This document shows positions 22,294 to 31,745 of a stretch of 64,000 nucleotides of DNA, piece after piece. The DNA is from Thermoplasmatales archaeon SW_10_69_26 (GTDB lineage: Archaea; Thermoplasmatota; SW-10-69-26). The stretch is from the NCBI GenBank assembly GCA_003009755.1, contig PXUB01000037.1, positions 850-64,849 on the forward strand. The letters are read 5' to 3'. The notes below the pieces were generated by a model. It did no database searches. It saw only the letters and a list, made by a program, of their open reading frames with translations, and was not told where the DNA came from. Numbering within the stretch: position 1 is the stretch's first letter; every line of letters begins with the position of its first letter. A program made the translations under genes and the position numbers.

Positions 22294-25200
22294 GCGGGTT
22301 GCTCGTCCGTTCTGAAGGGGACGAAGGTTAGCGGACTGGACCCGGCGCTTCCCCCGTTCACCGCTATGTCGTCCGGCCTCTCGAAGCTACTCGCGGCGTG
22401 GTAACCGTCGTCGCCGGCCCCGTCGACTAGGAAACCCAAGGCGCGTCCGTAGCCGCCCCCGTTGGACCACGAGCTCCCCTCGTACGTGTCGTTGCCGGCC
22501 ACGTCGACGAGGCTTCCGATGGCTCTCCCGAACGCTCCGGCGCCGTTGCTGAGTCCACCCCCGACGTAGCGGTCGTTGCCGCCTCCATCGAAGAGGAACC
22601 CGGAGTCGCCCTGGGAGCCTCCGTTGGTCGTTTGCCCGGTGGGGGCGAAGAGGCAGTTCCGCCCGGTGATGTACGCGTCGTCCCCGCCGGCGTCCGCGAG
22701 GTAGCCCTGCCCGTAGATCGCGGCACCGTTCACCCCGTACTTGCAGGTTGTGTAGGTCTCGTCGGCGTCACCGCCGTCGTAGAGGAACCCGAACCCTCCG
22801 AAAAAGGCCCCCCCGTTGGTGGCGTAGATCGGGGCGTGGTAGGTGTCCTGGCCCACCCGGTCAACCAGGAACCCCGCGGGTGTGGTATCGGTGGATTCGA
22901 GGACGCCGCCGTTGGCGCCCTCTCCCCGCTGGGCCTCGTAGCGGTCGTCGCCGCCGGTGTCCACCAGGAGGCCGCTTCCCTCGAGGACTACGGCCCCGTT
23001 CACGCCTTGGAGGGGGGCCGTGTAGGTGTCGTCGGCTTCGCCGTCGTCGACGAGAGCGCCTACGCCTAAGGCGCCGCCGCCGTTCACGCCATAGAGGCCA
23101 CCGGTGTAGCGATCCTCGCCCTCGGTGTCGACCAGCAGGCCGATCCCGTGGACCCAGCGGGGTTGGACGCCCAGCTGGCCCATCACGTTTGCGCCGCCGT
23201 TGACGCCGCGCGATCCTCCGTCGTAGGCGTCGCCGCCGTCGTGGTCGACGAGCGTGCCCAGGCCGCTGGCGCCGCCGCCGTTGACGCCCTTGCCCCGGAC
23301 CTGGTATGTGTCCGATCCGTCGCCGTCGACGAGCAGGCCCGCGCCTAGCGCGTGGCCGCCGCCGTTGGTGCCGAAGTCGCCGGCCTGGTAAGCGTCCTGG
23401 CCGTCGGCGTCGACGAGCAGGCCGGTGCCGCCCAGCGAGGCGCCGCCGTTGACGCCCAGCGAGTTCAACAGCTTGAAGCAGCCCTGGTAGCCCTGGTAGT
23501 CGGGACGGTCGCCGGCGAGGGTGGCCTCGAGCGTGGCGTGGGTGTCGACGATCCCGTAGCCGAGGTCGGCGTTGCAGCCGTCCTCGGGGGGCGCGGGTTG
23601 GGCGTTGTCCCGGAGCAGTTGGCGGAGTTGCTTGTTCGTGAGGTCGTCGGCCTGGCTCCAGGCCAGCGCGGCGGTGGCGCTGACGTGGGGGGCGGCCATG
23701 CTGGTACCGTTGAGGACCCTGTACCCCGAGTCATCGCAGTAGTAAGGACCCTCACCGCGGTAAGGGCCAAGGAAGGGAGGCTCGTCTTCGACGCAGGCAG
23801 GGAGGGTGCTGAGCACGGCATCGCCAGGCGCGGCCAACTCGGCGTTGGGTCCATAACTGGAGTACCCGCACCGGGTCGCGTTCTCGTTGGTGCACGTGAC
23901 CGCGATCACCTCGTCGTAGGCGGCCGGGTACCTCACGCAGTCGTAGCACCCACTGTTGCCGGCGGCCGCGACCAGCAGGGCCCCCTCCTCCCAGACGTCG
24001 TGGACGGCCTGACGGATGGCGCTGTGGTCCAGGGTGGTGGTGATGCTCATGCTGATGACGTCCCCGCCGTTTTCGACACACCAGTGGAGCCCTTGGACCA
24101 CGTCGCTGACGAAGCCGCGACCGTCCTCGTTGAGGACCTTGGCGGCCATCAGGCCGGTGTGGGCGGTGCCGGCGACGCCTGTCTCGTTGTCGATGGTGGC
24201 GGTGGCGATGCCGGTGACGTGCGTCCCGTGGCCGTAGTCGTCCATCGGGTCCTCGTCGTCGTTGTGGAAGTCGTGGCCGGCCAGCAGGCGGTCTTCGGCG
24301 ATGTCCTCGTGCGTGTAGTCGACGCCCGAGTCCAGGATGCACACGGATTCGGAGGTGTCGCCGTTGGTGGTCTCCCAGGCGTCGGGTGCGTTGACCTGCT
24401 GGGGAGCATATTGGTCGTCGTAGAGCGGGTCGTTGGGGGTGGAGGCGGCGTGGACTTTCGCGTCGGGTTCCACGTAGCGGACGTTGGCGTCCTGTCGAGC
24501 CTCGGCCGGGAAGGTGACCGGATCCTCGGCTTCGACGACGAGGATCTCCTGCTCGGGCAGGGTGTCGAGGACGGTGGCGTTCTCGTAGGTGTCGCCCACC
24601 GACAATCCGGGGTTGTCTTGGTAGCCGACGAGGTAGCGGTCGGTCATGGCCTCGTTGCTGGCGGCCATGCCGGTGGGGTTCTGCCGGGCGGTCTCCTCGA
24701 TGCTCTCCGGGACGTGGCCGGCCGCGGTGTCGGGTTGGTAGGTGTCGTCCCCGTGGGCGTCGATCAACAGGCCGCTGCCGGCGTAGCCGCCGCCGGTGGC
24801 GCCGCAACCGGCGGTGCTGACGTAGGTGTCGTCGCCGCTCACGTCCACGAGGGCGGCGGCGGTGCCGGTCTCGTTGAGGTCGCACTCAGGGGCCTCTTGG
24901 AGGTTGGAGCCGCCGGCGTTGTTCTCGTAGGTGTCGTCGCCGCCGGCGTCGACGACGAGCGCGTAGTCCTCGGTGTACGTGTCGTCACTCTCGCCTAGGT
25001 CGATCGCCAGCGCCGGCTGGATGTCCACGGGCGCGGTGGTCGTCACCGGCGTGGTTTCGGCGAGGGCCTGGTGGAGGTCGAGGGCGGTGTCGAGGACATC
25101 CTGGCGGGCGCCGAACACCTCGGCCAGGTCTAGGTTGGCGTCCGCGTGGGCGTCCGAGAGGGACTGGCGAGGGGTTTCCTCGAGCTTGGCGGGGTCGACG

Positions 25201-26222
25201 GGGAGCCTTGGGATCGCTTGGTCGGTCTCCCAAGGGTCCTCGTCCCCCATGGTGAGGTCCCCGAACTTGTCGTCGTACTGTGCGGGCGTCATGGGAGCCA
25301 TGCCCAGCCCGGCGGGGCCGTCGGTGTCGGCCGCGCGGGGGTGCAGTTGGGCCAGGTGGTCGGTGTCGGCGTCGGCGTAGGCGTCCTGTGTGGCGGTCTC
25401 GAAGGCGAGGAAGGCGTCGAGGTAGTCGGTGAGGGCCTCCCGCAGCGTCGGGGGGAGGTCGTCGAGGTGATCGAGGCTCTGGCGTTGGTCGAGGGTCGGC
25501 GTGGCGTCGTGGCGGTGGACGAGCTCGCGGGCGGCCTGGCTGGGCGAGGCGTGGTCCGGCGGGGTCACGTCGACCGGCTCGATGCCGAGCGTGTCGGCCT
25601 GGTGGCGTGTGGACTGTTGGGCGGATCGGATCGACCGCTCGACCTCGCTTGTGGTCTCGTCGTCGGCGGTGGCCAGCAGGTCCTCGGCGACGTCGAGGTG
25701 GGCCTGCTGTTGGGCGAGATGGGAGGTGTCGGTGTCGATGCGGTCCCGGCGGTCCTGCACCGCCGTGTGGGCGGTCGCGAGGGCTTGGTCGCGGTTGGTG
25801 AGGCTGGAGTCGTCCTCGATCGCCGTGAGGGCCCGGGTGAGGTCGACGTTGGCCAGCTGGGCATCGAGGACCTCGCCCAGGCCCGGGTCCAGGGGCCCGT
25901 TGTGAGCGAGGGCTTGGCGTTGCTCGAACGCGGTGGCTGCCGCTGTGAGGGTCTTCTCGGTCGGGGCCGCGGTGGGATCCTCGACGGTAGCGTCGAGGCG
26001 GTCGGCCAGATCCATGCTGGCCTGCTGGGCGTCGGGCAGGTCCACGGGAACCTCCGCCGCATCCGATCTGGCTGTGGGGTCGATGGTTTCCGTCTCCGTG
26101 GGGGCCTCGTCGGTTCCGGGGGTGAAGACCCCGGCGCCGAGCCCGCTGATGGCGGGGGAGAGGGTGACGACGAGGGCCAGGGCGAGGACGGTGAGCGTGG
26201 AGTGGGTTGGGTTCGTGGTCAT
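22294..26222 (-). CDS. Large secreted Gly/Asp-repeat protein with inserted propeptide and S8 subtilisin domain (N-terminal part; frameshift near 22294)
   Basis: Signal peptide and S8 triad ILDSG (24330), HGTHVTG (24228), GTSMAAPH (23700), plus AAAGN. About 16 DxxGxDxY repeats flank the protease. The sequence becomes out-of-frame nonsense after EQPA. Confidence 0.85.
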
Positions 26223-27649
26223 GGGGACGTGCCTCCTGGGGTGGGTCGGTCGTGGTCGAGTTGGGCGCCGACGAGGCCCTTGGGGACGACCGTTTTGTCG
26301 GTGCCGGTGCCGCCCTCGAAGTCCTCGTAGGTGTCGGTGCCGTTCCCGTCGTACAACAGGCCCACACCGACGGGGACGTATTGATCAGTGACGAGAGAGT
26401 CGTAGTTGCCGTCGGTGGCGTGGCCGTTGACGGCGGTGACGGTGGCCTCGTAGCGGTCGTTGCCGTCGAGGTCGACGAGCAGGCCGGCGCCGGCCAGCCC
26501 GCCGCCGTTGGTTCCGTCCGATCCTGCGGTGTAGGTGTCGTGGCCGTCGGCGTCGAGCAGGGCGCCCGACCCGCCAAAGGCCACGCCGCCATTGGTCCCG
26601 GCTCCGTCGGCGAGGTAGGTGTCGTCTCCGTCGGCGTCGAGGAGGAACCCGTGGCCGCCGAAGTTGGCTCCCCCGTTCACGCCGCTGGCGGTGCCGACGT
26701 AGGTGTCGTTGCCCCCTTCGTCGAGGAGGGCCCCGACCCCGGAGTGCACGGCGCCCCCGTTCACGCCGCCCCTCCGTTTACCCGTGGGATCGTCGAAGAT
26801 GGCGGGATCGCCGTACTCGTCGTCGCCGTCGCCGAGGTCGACGAGCGCGGCGGGGTTGAGCCGGTAGACTCCAGGAATGGCCACCAGGTTGCTGGTTCCA
26901 CCGGCGTTGTTGTGGTAGGTGTCCTCGCCCCCGACGTCGATGGAGAGTCGGACGTCTTCCGTGTACGTGGCATCGCAGCCCTCCACGTCGAGCGCCAGCA
27001 CGCCGACGGAACCGACGATCGGATTGTCGGGCGTCTCGATGACGAGGGGCTCGCACGCGCTGGCGGTATCCGCCGGCATCCCGGGAGTGGTTTGGACGGC
27101 TCTGTGGAGGTCCTGGACCTCGTCGAGCAGACCGTTTCGGGCGGCGAAGACGCTCCCTGGGTCGCTGTCGGTGGAGGCCGCGCCGAGGACGAGGAACGCG
27201 TCGATCACGTCGGTGAGCTCGGTGCGGAAGGGCTCATCAAGGGTGTCCAGCTCGCGGACCTGGTCCAGGTCGTCGTCTGCAAGCGTTGCGTCGTGCTGGT
27301 CCGCGAGCGCGAGCACGGCGGCGCTCGGCGAATCATGCTCGATCGTCGGAAGGTCCACCGCGAGCCCATCGCCGAGCGTGGAGGCCTGGTGCTCGCCGAC
27401 GAGCTTGCCCAGCTCGATCGCCTCGGCGAAGGAGACGTCCTCGCCGGCCTCGTCCTGGAAGTGCTGGATCGCGGTCGGGAGCCCGTCGTAGGCCTCGACG
27501 GACGCGTCGGCGGCCGGGGCGCCCGAGCCCGACGACGATGGGCTCGGGGAGACGGCGGCGGTGGCCGGGACGGTGACGAGGGCGATCGCGGCGGCGAGCA
27601 CGGCAAGGCGGCGGGGCGACTCGATGAGCAAGCCTGCGGCCTCCGTCAC
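26219..27649 (-). CDS. Secreted Gly/Asp-repeat protein, protease-less paralog of the downstream gene
   Basis: Signal peptide, shared helical domain (HDSPS.A...L...HDAT...LD.L....R..LTD..DAFL), about 7 DxxGxDxY repeats and a shared PKG..G.Q.D cap. Confidence 0.85.
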   Translation of the reverse strand: MTEAAGLLIESPRRLAVLAAAIALVTVPATAAVSPSPSSSGSGAPAADASVEAYDGLPTAIQHFQDEAGEDVSFAEAIELGKLVGEHQASTLGDGLAVDLPTIEHDSPSAAVLALADQHDATLADDDLDQVRELDTLDEPFRTELTDVIDAFLVLGAASTDSDPGSVFAARNGLLDEVQDLHRAVQTTPGMPADTASACEPLVIETPDNPIVGSVGVLALDVEGCDATYTEDVRLSIDVGGEDTYHNNAGGTSNLVAIPGVYRLNPAALVDLGDGDDEYGDPAIFDDPTGKRRGGVNGGAVHSGVGALLDEGGNDTYVGTASGVNGGANFGGHGFLLDADGDDTYLADGAGTNGGVAFGGSGALLDADGHDTYTAGSDGTNGGGLAGAGLLVDLDGNDRYEATVTAVNGHATDGNYDSLVTDQYVPVGVGLLYDGNGTDTYEDFEGGTGTDKTVVPKGLVGAQLDHDRPTPGGTSP

Positions 27650-27715
27650 AGGGAGCGGGCCAGTGCACGGTTAAGCGTTGCTTGACAAAATCGCATATTC
27701 CTCGCCCGCGAGGGG
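27556..27715. repeat. Duplicated promoter plus 5' end of the 27649 gene, copy 1; copy 2 at 28835-29009
   Basis: 27556-27689 and 28835-28968 are near-identical, with further similarity in tattcc.cgcccg.gagggg. Confidence 0.9.
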
Positions 27716-27855
27716 TCTCGCGACGCCGCCACGACCCGAGGATCCGCGTAGCGAGGCCCGCCGGGCCCTCGCCGCTGGCCGCACGTCGGCGAGCACGGGA
27801 ACGTCCAGGTCTTCGACGACGTCCGGTAGCCAGCGAACCCTCCCGGGCCCGAGCG

Positions 27856-28380
27856 TTACCTGTCGAGGTGCCGGCGAGCCAGAACCTCCAGCACCCCACC
27901 CTCCCAACCGCGGGCTTCGATGATCTCGTCCACGAGACGACGAGCCTGCGTCGTCGACAGCTCGCCCCGCTTCCTCGACTCGACGATCACGGCCACCGAG
28001 ATGCGAAGCCGGATGCCGTGCGCCATCGCCTCGTCCCTCAGCCCGGCGATCGCCCGCGCGTCGTCCGTGACAAGGACCTCGGCCTTCGACTCCCGGCAGG
28101 CCTGCAAGCAGGCAGCCTCCGCTGGCTGAACCCGGTTGGAGACGAGCGCTTCCATCGTCTCCGTAGCCTGGATGGAGAACACCTCGATCCCGCCCCCATC
28201 GATCCGAGACAGAACGCGCTCGGCCGCGGCGGCCTCCTCGTCGTCGAACCCGGCGAGATCCTCGAGCTCGGAAACCACCCTTCCCACGGTTGCGAGGTCG
28301 ACGAACGCGATCCGGTCGAGCAGATCCACCAGCTCGAGCGTGAGGAGCGCACTGGTGTCAGCAACGACACCCCGACTCAT
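27856..28380 (-). CDS. PIN-domain protein (VapC/DUF3368-like toxin)
   Basis: VVADTSAL, V.SEL, AEAACL and LVTDDARA supply the PIN acidic residues. ATGA overlap with the antitoxin. Confidence 0.85.
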   Translation of the reverse strand: MSRGVVADTSALLTLELVDLLDRIAFVDLATVGRVVSELEDLAGFDDEEAAAAERVLSRIDGGGIEVFSIQATETMEALVSNRVQPAEAACLQACRESKAEVLVTDDARAIAGLRDEAMAHGIRLRISVAVIVESRKRGELSTTQARRLVDEIIEARGWEGGVLEVLARRHLDR

Positions 28381-28661
28381 AACCCATCGTCGAAGGAGCG
28401 TTCGGCGACGTCCGTGTAATAGGCCACCGTCTTCGCTTCCTCGAACCCCAGGATCTGGACCAGGTCGTCGAACCCGATCTTCCCCTCGGCGAAGCGCTCG
28501 GATGCAAGCCCGCGGATCTCCGAGAGGCTTTGCTCCTTGTCGAGGTAGTCCTGAAGCGCCTCCCGAACGAGATCGGACTTGTTCGCGTGCTTCTCGGCCG
28601 CCAGTTCCTGGAGCCGCCGCGAGAGCTCCTCTTCCAAGCGCACCGTGAGGACGCTACCCAT
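28377..28661 (-). CDS. Ribbon-helix-helix (CopG-like) antitoxin
   Basis: LTVRLEEEL.RRLQELA......KSDLVREAL..YL, directly upstream of the PIN gene. Confidence 0.85.
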   Translation of the reverse strand: MGSVLTVRLEEELSRRLQELAAEKHANKSDLVREALQDYLDKEQSLSEIRGLASERFAEGKIGFDDLVQILGFEEAKTVAYYTDVAERSFDDGL

Positions 28662-28667
28662 GAAGGC

Positions 28668-28701
28668 GTATTACGTTGTCATACTTTCATAAGCGTTTCG
28701 G
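28668..28701 (-). promoter_or_regulatory. TA promoter with palindromic operator
   Basis: Imperfect palindrome GTATTAC-gtt-GTCATAC (28668-28684) lies between the ATG and a minus-strand BRE/TATA-like CGAAACGCTTATG. Confidence 0.55.
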
Positions 28702-28793
28702 CGCGTTCGGCGATGTTGGAAAGCGAGGTCGGCCACCGACCCAGCCCGGCGGAGGTAGGGTGTGACCTGGCCCCCGGCCCTCGCCCGAGCGGG

Positions 28794-29009
28794 TCAGCTC
28801 CGGGGAGATCGCTCGTCCTCCGCGGGGAGGAGGTCGGCGGTGGCCGGGACGGTGACGAGGGCGATCGCGGCGGCGAGCACGGCAAGGCGGCGGGGCGACT
28901 CGATGAGCAAGCCTGCGGCCTCCGTCACCGGGAGCGGGCCCGTGCACGGTTAAGCGTTGCTTGACAAAGTTGCTTGACAAAAGCACAACTATTCCACGCC
29001 CGTGAGGGG
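28794..29009 (-). pseudogene. Truncated duplicate of the 5' end and promoter of the 27649 gene
   Basis: It encodes the same signal peptide (VTEAAGLLIESPRRLAVLAAAIALVTVPATA), then diverges and stops. A 13-bp tandem duplication gttgcttgacaaa sits at 28956-28981. Confidence 0.7.
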
Positions 29010-29088
29010 CCGACCCCCGGAATATCCGATACTGTTCACCAGAAACGCCTAAGGCCGCCCCCGCCCATCCCCCGACCGCAACCTCCCC

Positions 29089-30235
29089 ATGAGAAGCGCC
29101 GAGATCGTCGTTGGAGCCCTCCTCCTCGTCTCCGGGACGGCCATCCCGGGCCTCCCCATCCTCGAGGACGAGACCGCGACCAACTCCTCCGTCCGGGCCG
29201 AGGCCGTCTTCGAGACCGCCCAGTACGCCGGCCCCGCCGAGATCGAGGCGGACGGCGGCGCATTATGGAGCGAGGGGAGCCTCGAGGCGACGATCGTCGC
29301 CGAGTCGGTGACGGTGACCCGCTACGTCTGGGAGGGCGCCCACGTCGACACCTGGACCGGCCAGGAGGACGGCCTCTGGGCCTCGACGCACCATGGCAAG
29401 GGGACCACCGAGCGCTCGGCGACGACGTACGAGAACGCCACCATCCGGATCGACACGACGTCCGAGGCCGTGATGTCCGCCTGGCCCAACGCCACCCGCG
29501 GGCCCACGACGTTCGCCGCCGACCTCGCCGCCGACGAGACCCCGCCCATCGTCGCCTCCCCCAGCGGGACCATCCTCTGGCTGCTGTACTCGGGGTTCGA
29601 CCACCACGTCGAGGGACCCCTCTTCGCCCTCGGCCACAACGGCGGCCGTATCCACGACGCCTGGGTCGAGGACGCGGAGATCGAGCAGCTTGGCATCCAA
29701 GGCGCCCTCGACCTGAACGTGCTGGGCGGTAAGGTTACCGTGGAGACCGACGACGGGACGGACACCTATCGGACCGGCGTCGAGCAGACCGAGACCGAGA
29801 CGGACGTCCACGAGAACACGGTCAGGACCAAGCGCGTCCACGCCCTCGTCCACGTCACCGACGCCACCTTCCGGACGTCGATGGGCGAGGCCGAGAGCGT
29901 GTTCCTCGCCCAGGAGCCCACCTGGACGATCAACGGGAGCCTGCGGATGGACGCCCGGGAGGGCGAGGTCCGGACCGGTGCCGAGGACGCGACGCTCGAC
30001 AACGACACGCTCGCCGTCCTAGGCAACACGACCCTGGACCTGGCGGCCCAGGGCGAGACGCCGGACCCCTCGGACCCCCAGCCGTACCCGCGGGAGGAGC
30101 GCCCGACCCGGCCCATCGAGGCCGAGATGACCAGCGACGCCGACCAGGTGAGCGTCGACGGCCAGACGCACGACCTGCCGGAGCCGTTTCTCGTCATTGC
30201 CACGCAGAATCCCGTCGAACAGGAGGGCACCTTCC
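29089..30235 (+). pseudogene. Extracellular beta-rich domain protein ending in a MoxR-derived fragment (disrupted gene, 5' part)
   Basis: Signal-like N-terminus and acidic sequence up to ...[34 protein letters not shown], then out-of-frame Arg-rich text. Confidence 0.65.
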
Positions 30236-30694
30236 GGCCGCATCCACGAGCACATCCTGGAGGCCGGCATGGCCCACGTCCGCCGCGTCGCCCGCGACCT
30301 CGAGATCCCGGTCTCGTCGGCCATGTACCACTTGCGCGTGCTCCGCGAGGCTGGCCTGCTCGTCCGGGTGAAGCGCGAGGGGTACACCGTCTACTTCTCG
30401 TGCGACCGCTTCGACGTCGACGAGAAGAAGCGTCTGGCCCTGCTTGCCGGCGGCCCCCGCCGCGATATCGCCTCCACGCTCGCCGAGCGGGGCGCCATGA
30501 CCCAGGCGGCCCTCGCCGAGCTGCTCGAGGTGAGCCAGTCGACGGTCTCCAGGCAGATCGCCAAGCTCGAGGAGGCCGGTCTCGTCGAGGGGAACGGGAA
30601 CCACGGCATCCGGTACCGGCCCGCCGGCCTGCTTCGGGAGTGGCTCGGGCTGGAGAGCGAGGGCGCAGGTGGGGCGGGATCGGGCGGCGAGTGA
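30236..30694 (+). pseudogene. Tandem winged-helix DNA-binding domains (ArsR/MarR-like), lacking their own start
   Basis: RIHEHI...HVRRVARDL....[13 protein letters not shown] and [34 protein letters not shown]. Confidence 0.75.
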
Positions 30695-30843
30695 GGGCCT
30701 GGCCGGGCCCACCCCCGTTCATCGTCACCGGCTGGTTCTGCCGGCCACGTGAACGTTCTTGAGGGCCCGGGCGGGGCGGTCTCGGCCACGAGGCGGCGCG
30801 GCGGCGCCGCTTCTCCGCGCAACGCCTCTGAACCCAAGACGAG

Positions 30844-31162
30844 TTGGTCTGGCTCAAGGAACCCAAGTTCCACGACGAGCGGGACCGCCTGCTCCGCCAA
30901 CGCGTCCTCCACATCGACGCCCTCGAGGAACGCAAAGCCATCCTCGAGCCCCTCCTCGCGGGGTTGGCGTTAGAGGACGAGCCGGCGCACTGGTTGATGA
31001 GCATCCCCGGGTGCCGGTGGTACCTGGCGATGTACATCCTCAGCGAGGTCGGCACCATCAATCGGTTCGACAGCGTGGACGCGTTCAAGAAGTACAGCGC
31101 GTGCTGTCCCCGCAAGCAACCCACGGGCGGCCGGCAGGACCCGTACGGGGTGGTCCAGCATG
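30844..31162 (+). mobile_element. IS110-family transposase internal fragment
   Basis: LMSIPG...YLA..ILSEVG.INRF.S......Y...CP....TGG matches the IS110 C-terminal domain. It is cut at the IS6 end at 31163. Confidence 0.75.
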
Positions 31163-31347
31163 GGCCGCTGTCAAGGCAAGCAGGCGGACGGATCCTGATT
31201 GAACAACCAGGCGAACGCCTGAGCCCACGCCTCGACCTCTTCTCTCAAGGCGTTCCTCGACGAGCGTCTGCGGAACGGGCCGATCCGTGCTTTGAGCAGG
31301 CCAACCCAGGTTTCCACCCTGTTCCGAACGCCGCCCGACGTGACTTG
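31163..31347 (-). mobile_element. IS6 right-end remnant, direct repeat copy 2
   Basis: VTSGGVRNRVETWVGLLKARIGPFRRR...PSACLP* with the TGA at 31171-31173 intact. Confidence 0.8.
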
Positions 31348-31745
31348 GCCGTTTCGCGGTCGAGGACGGGGCCGACCCGCCCCAGCGGGCCTTCTGCGAG
31401 GAGGACGGCCACGCCGAGCACCAGGCCCCGACCCGAGCGGCGACCGCGTAGCCCTGATCGCTCCCGCGTCCCCCGCCTCCAGCGAGCGGCGTTTCACCGA
31501 CCGAGCCACACCGTTTCCCGATCGGCCCAATCGGCTCAAGTGTCCCCCAGCCGAGTCCCGGTCGAGGTGACCGAGGACATGAGGACACGACCGATCGAGG
31601 ACCACGCCGCTCTCGCCCGCCCTGGGTCAGTGGGGCGAGGCCCCGAGGAACCAGAGCAGGGCGGTCTTCGCGATGGAGACACCGTCTCGCATCCGGGTCC
31701 GCCGTCTGTTTTCGTCTTTCCCGACTTCCACGGTTGCGGTCATCC

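Noticed and set aside
21890..26950. CRISPR array or DGR-like nucleotide repeats
   Set aside because: The recurring gccgccgttg and gtaggtgtcgtc words are in-frame protein repeats with synonymous variation. There is no repeat-spacer periodicity, cas gene or reverse transcriptase.
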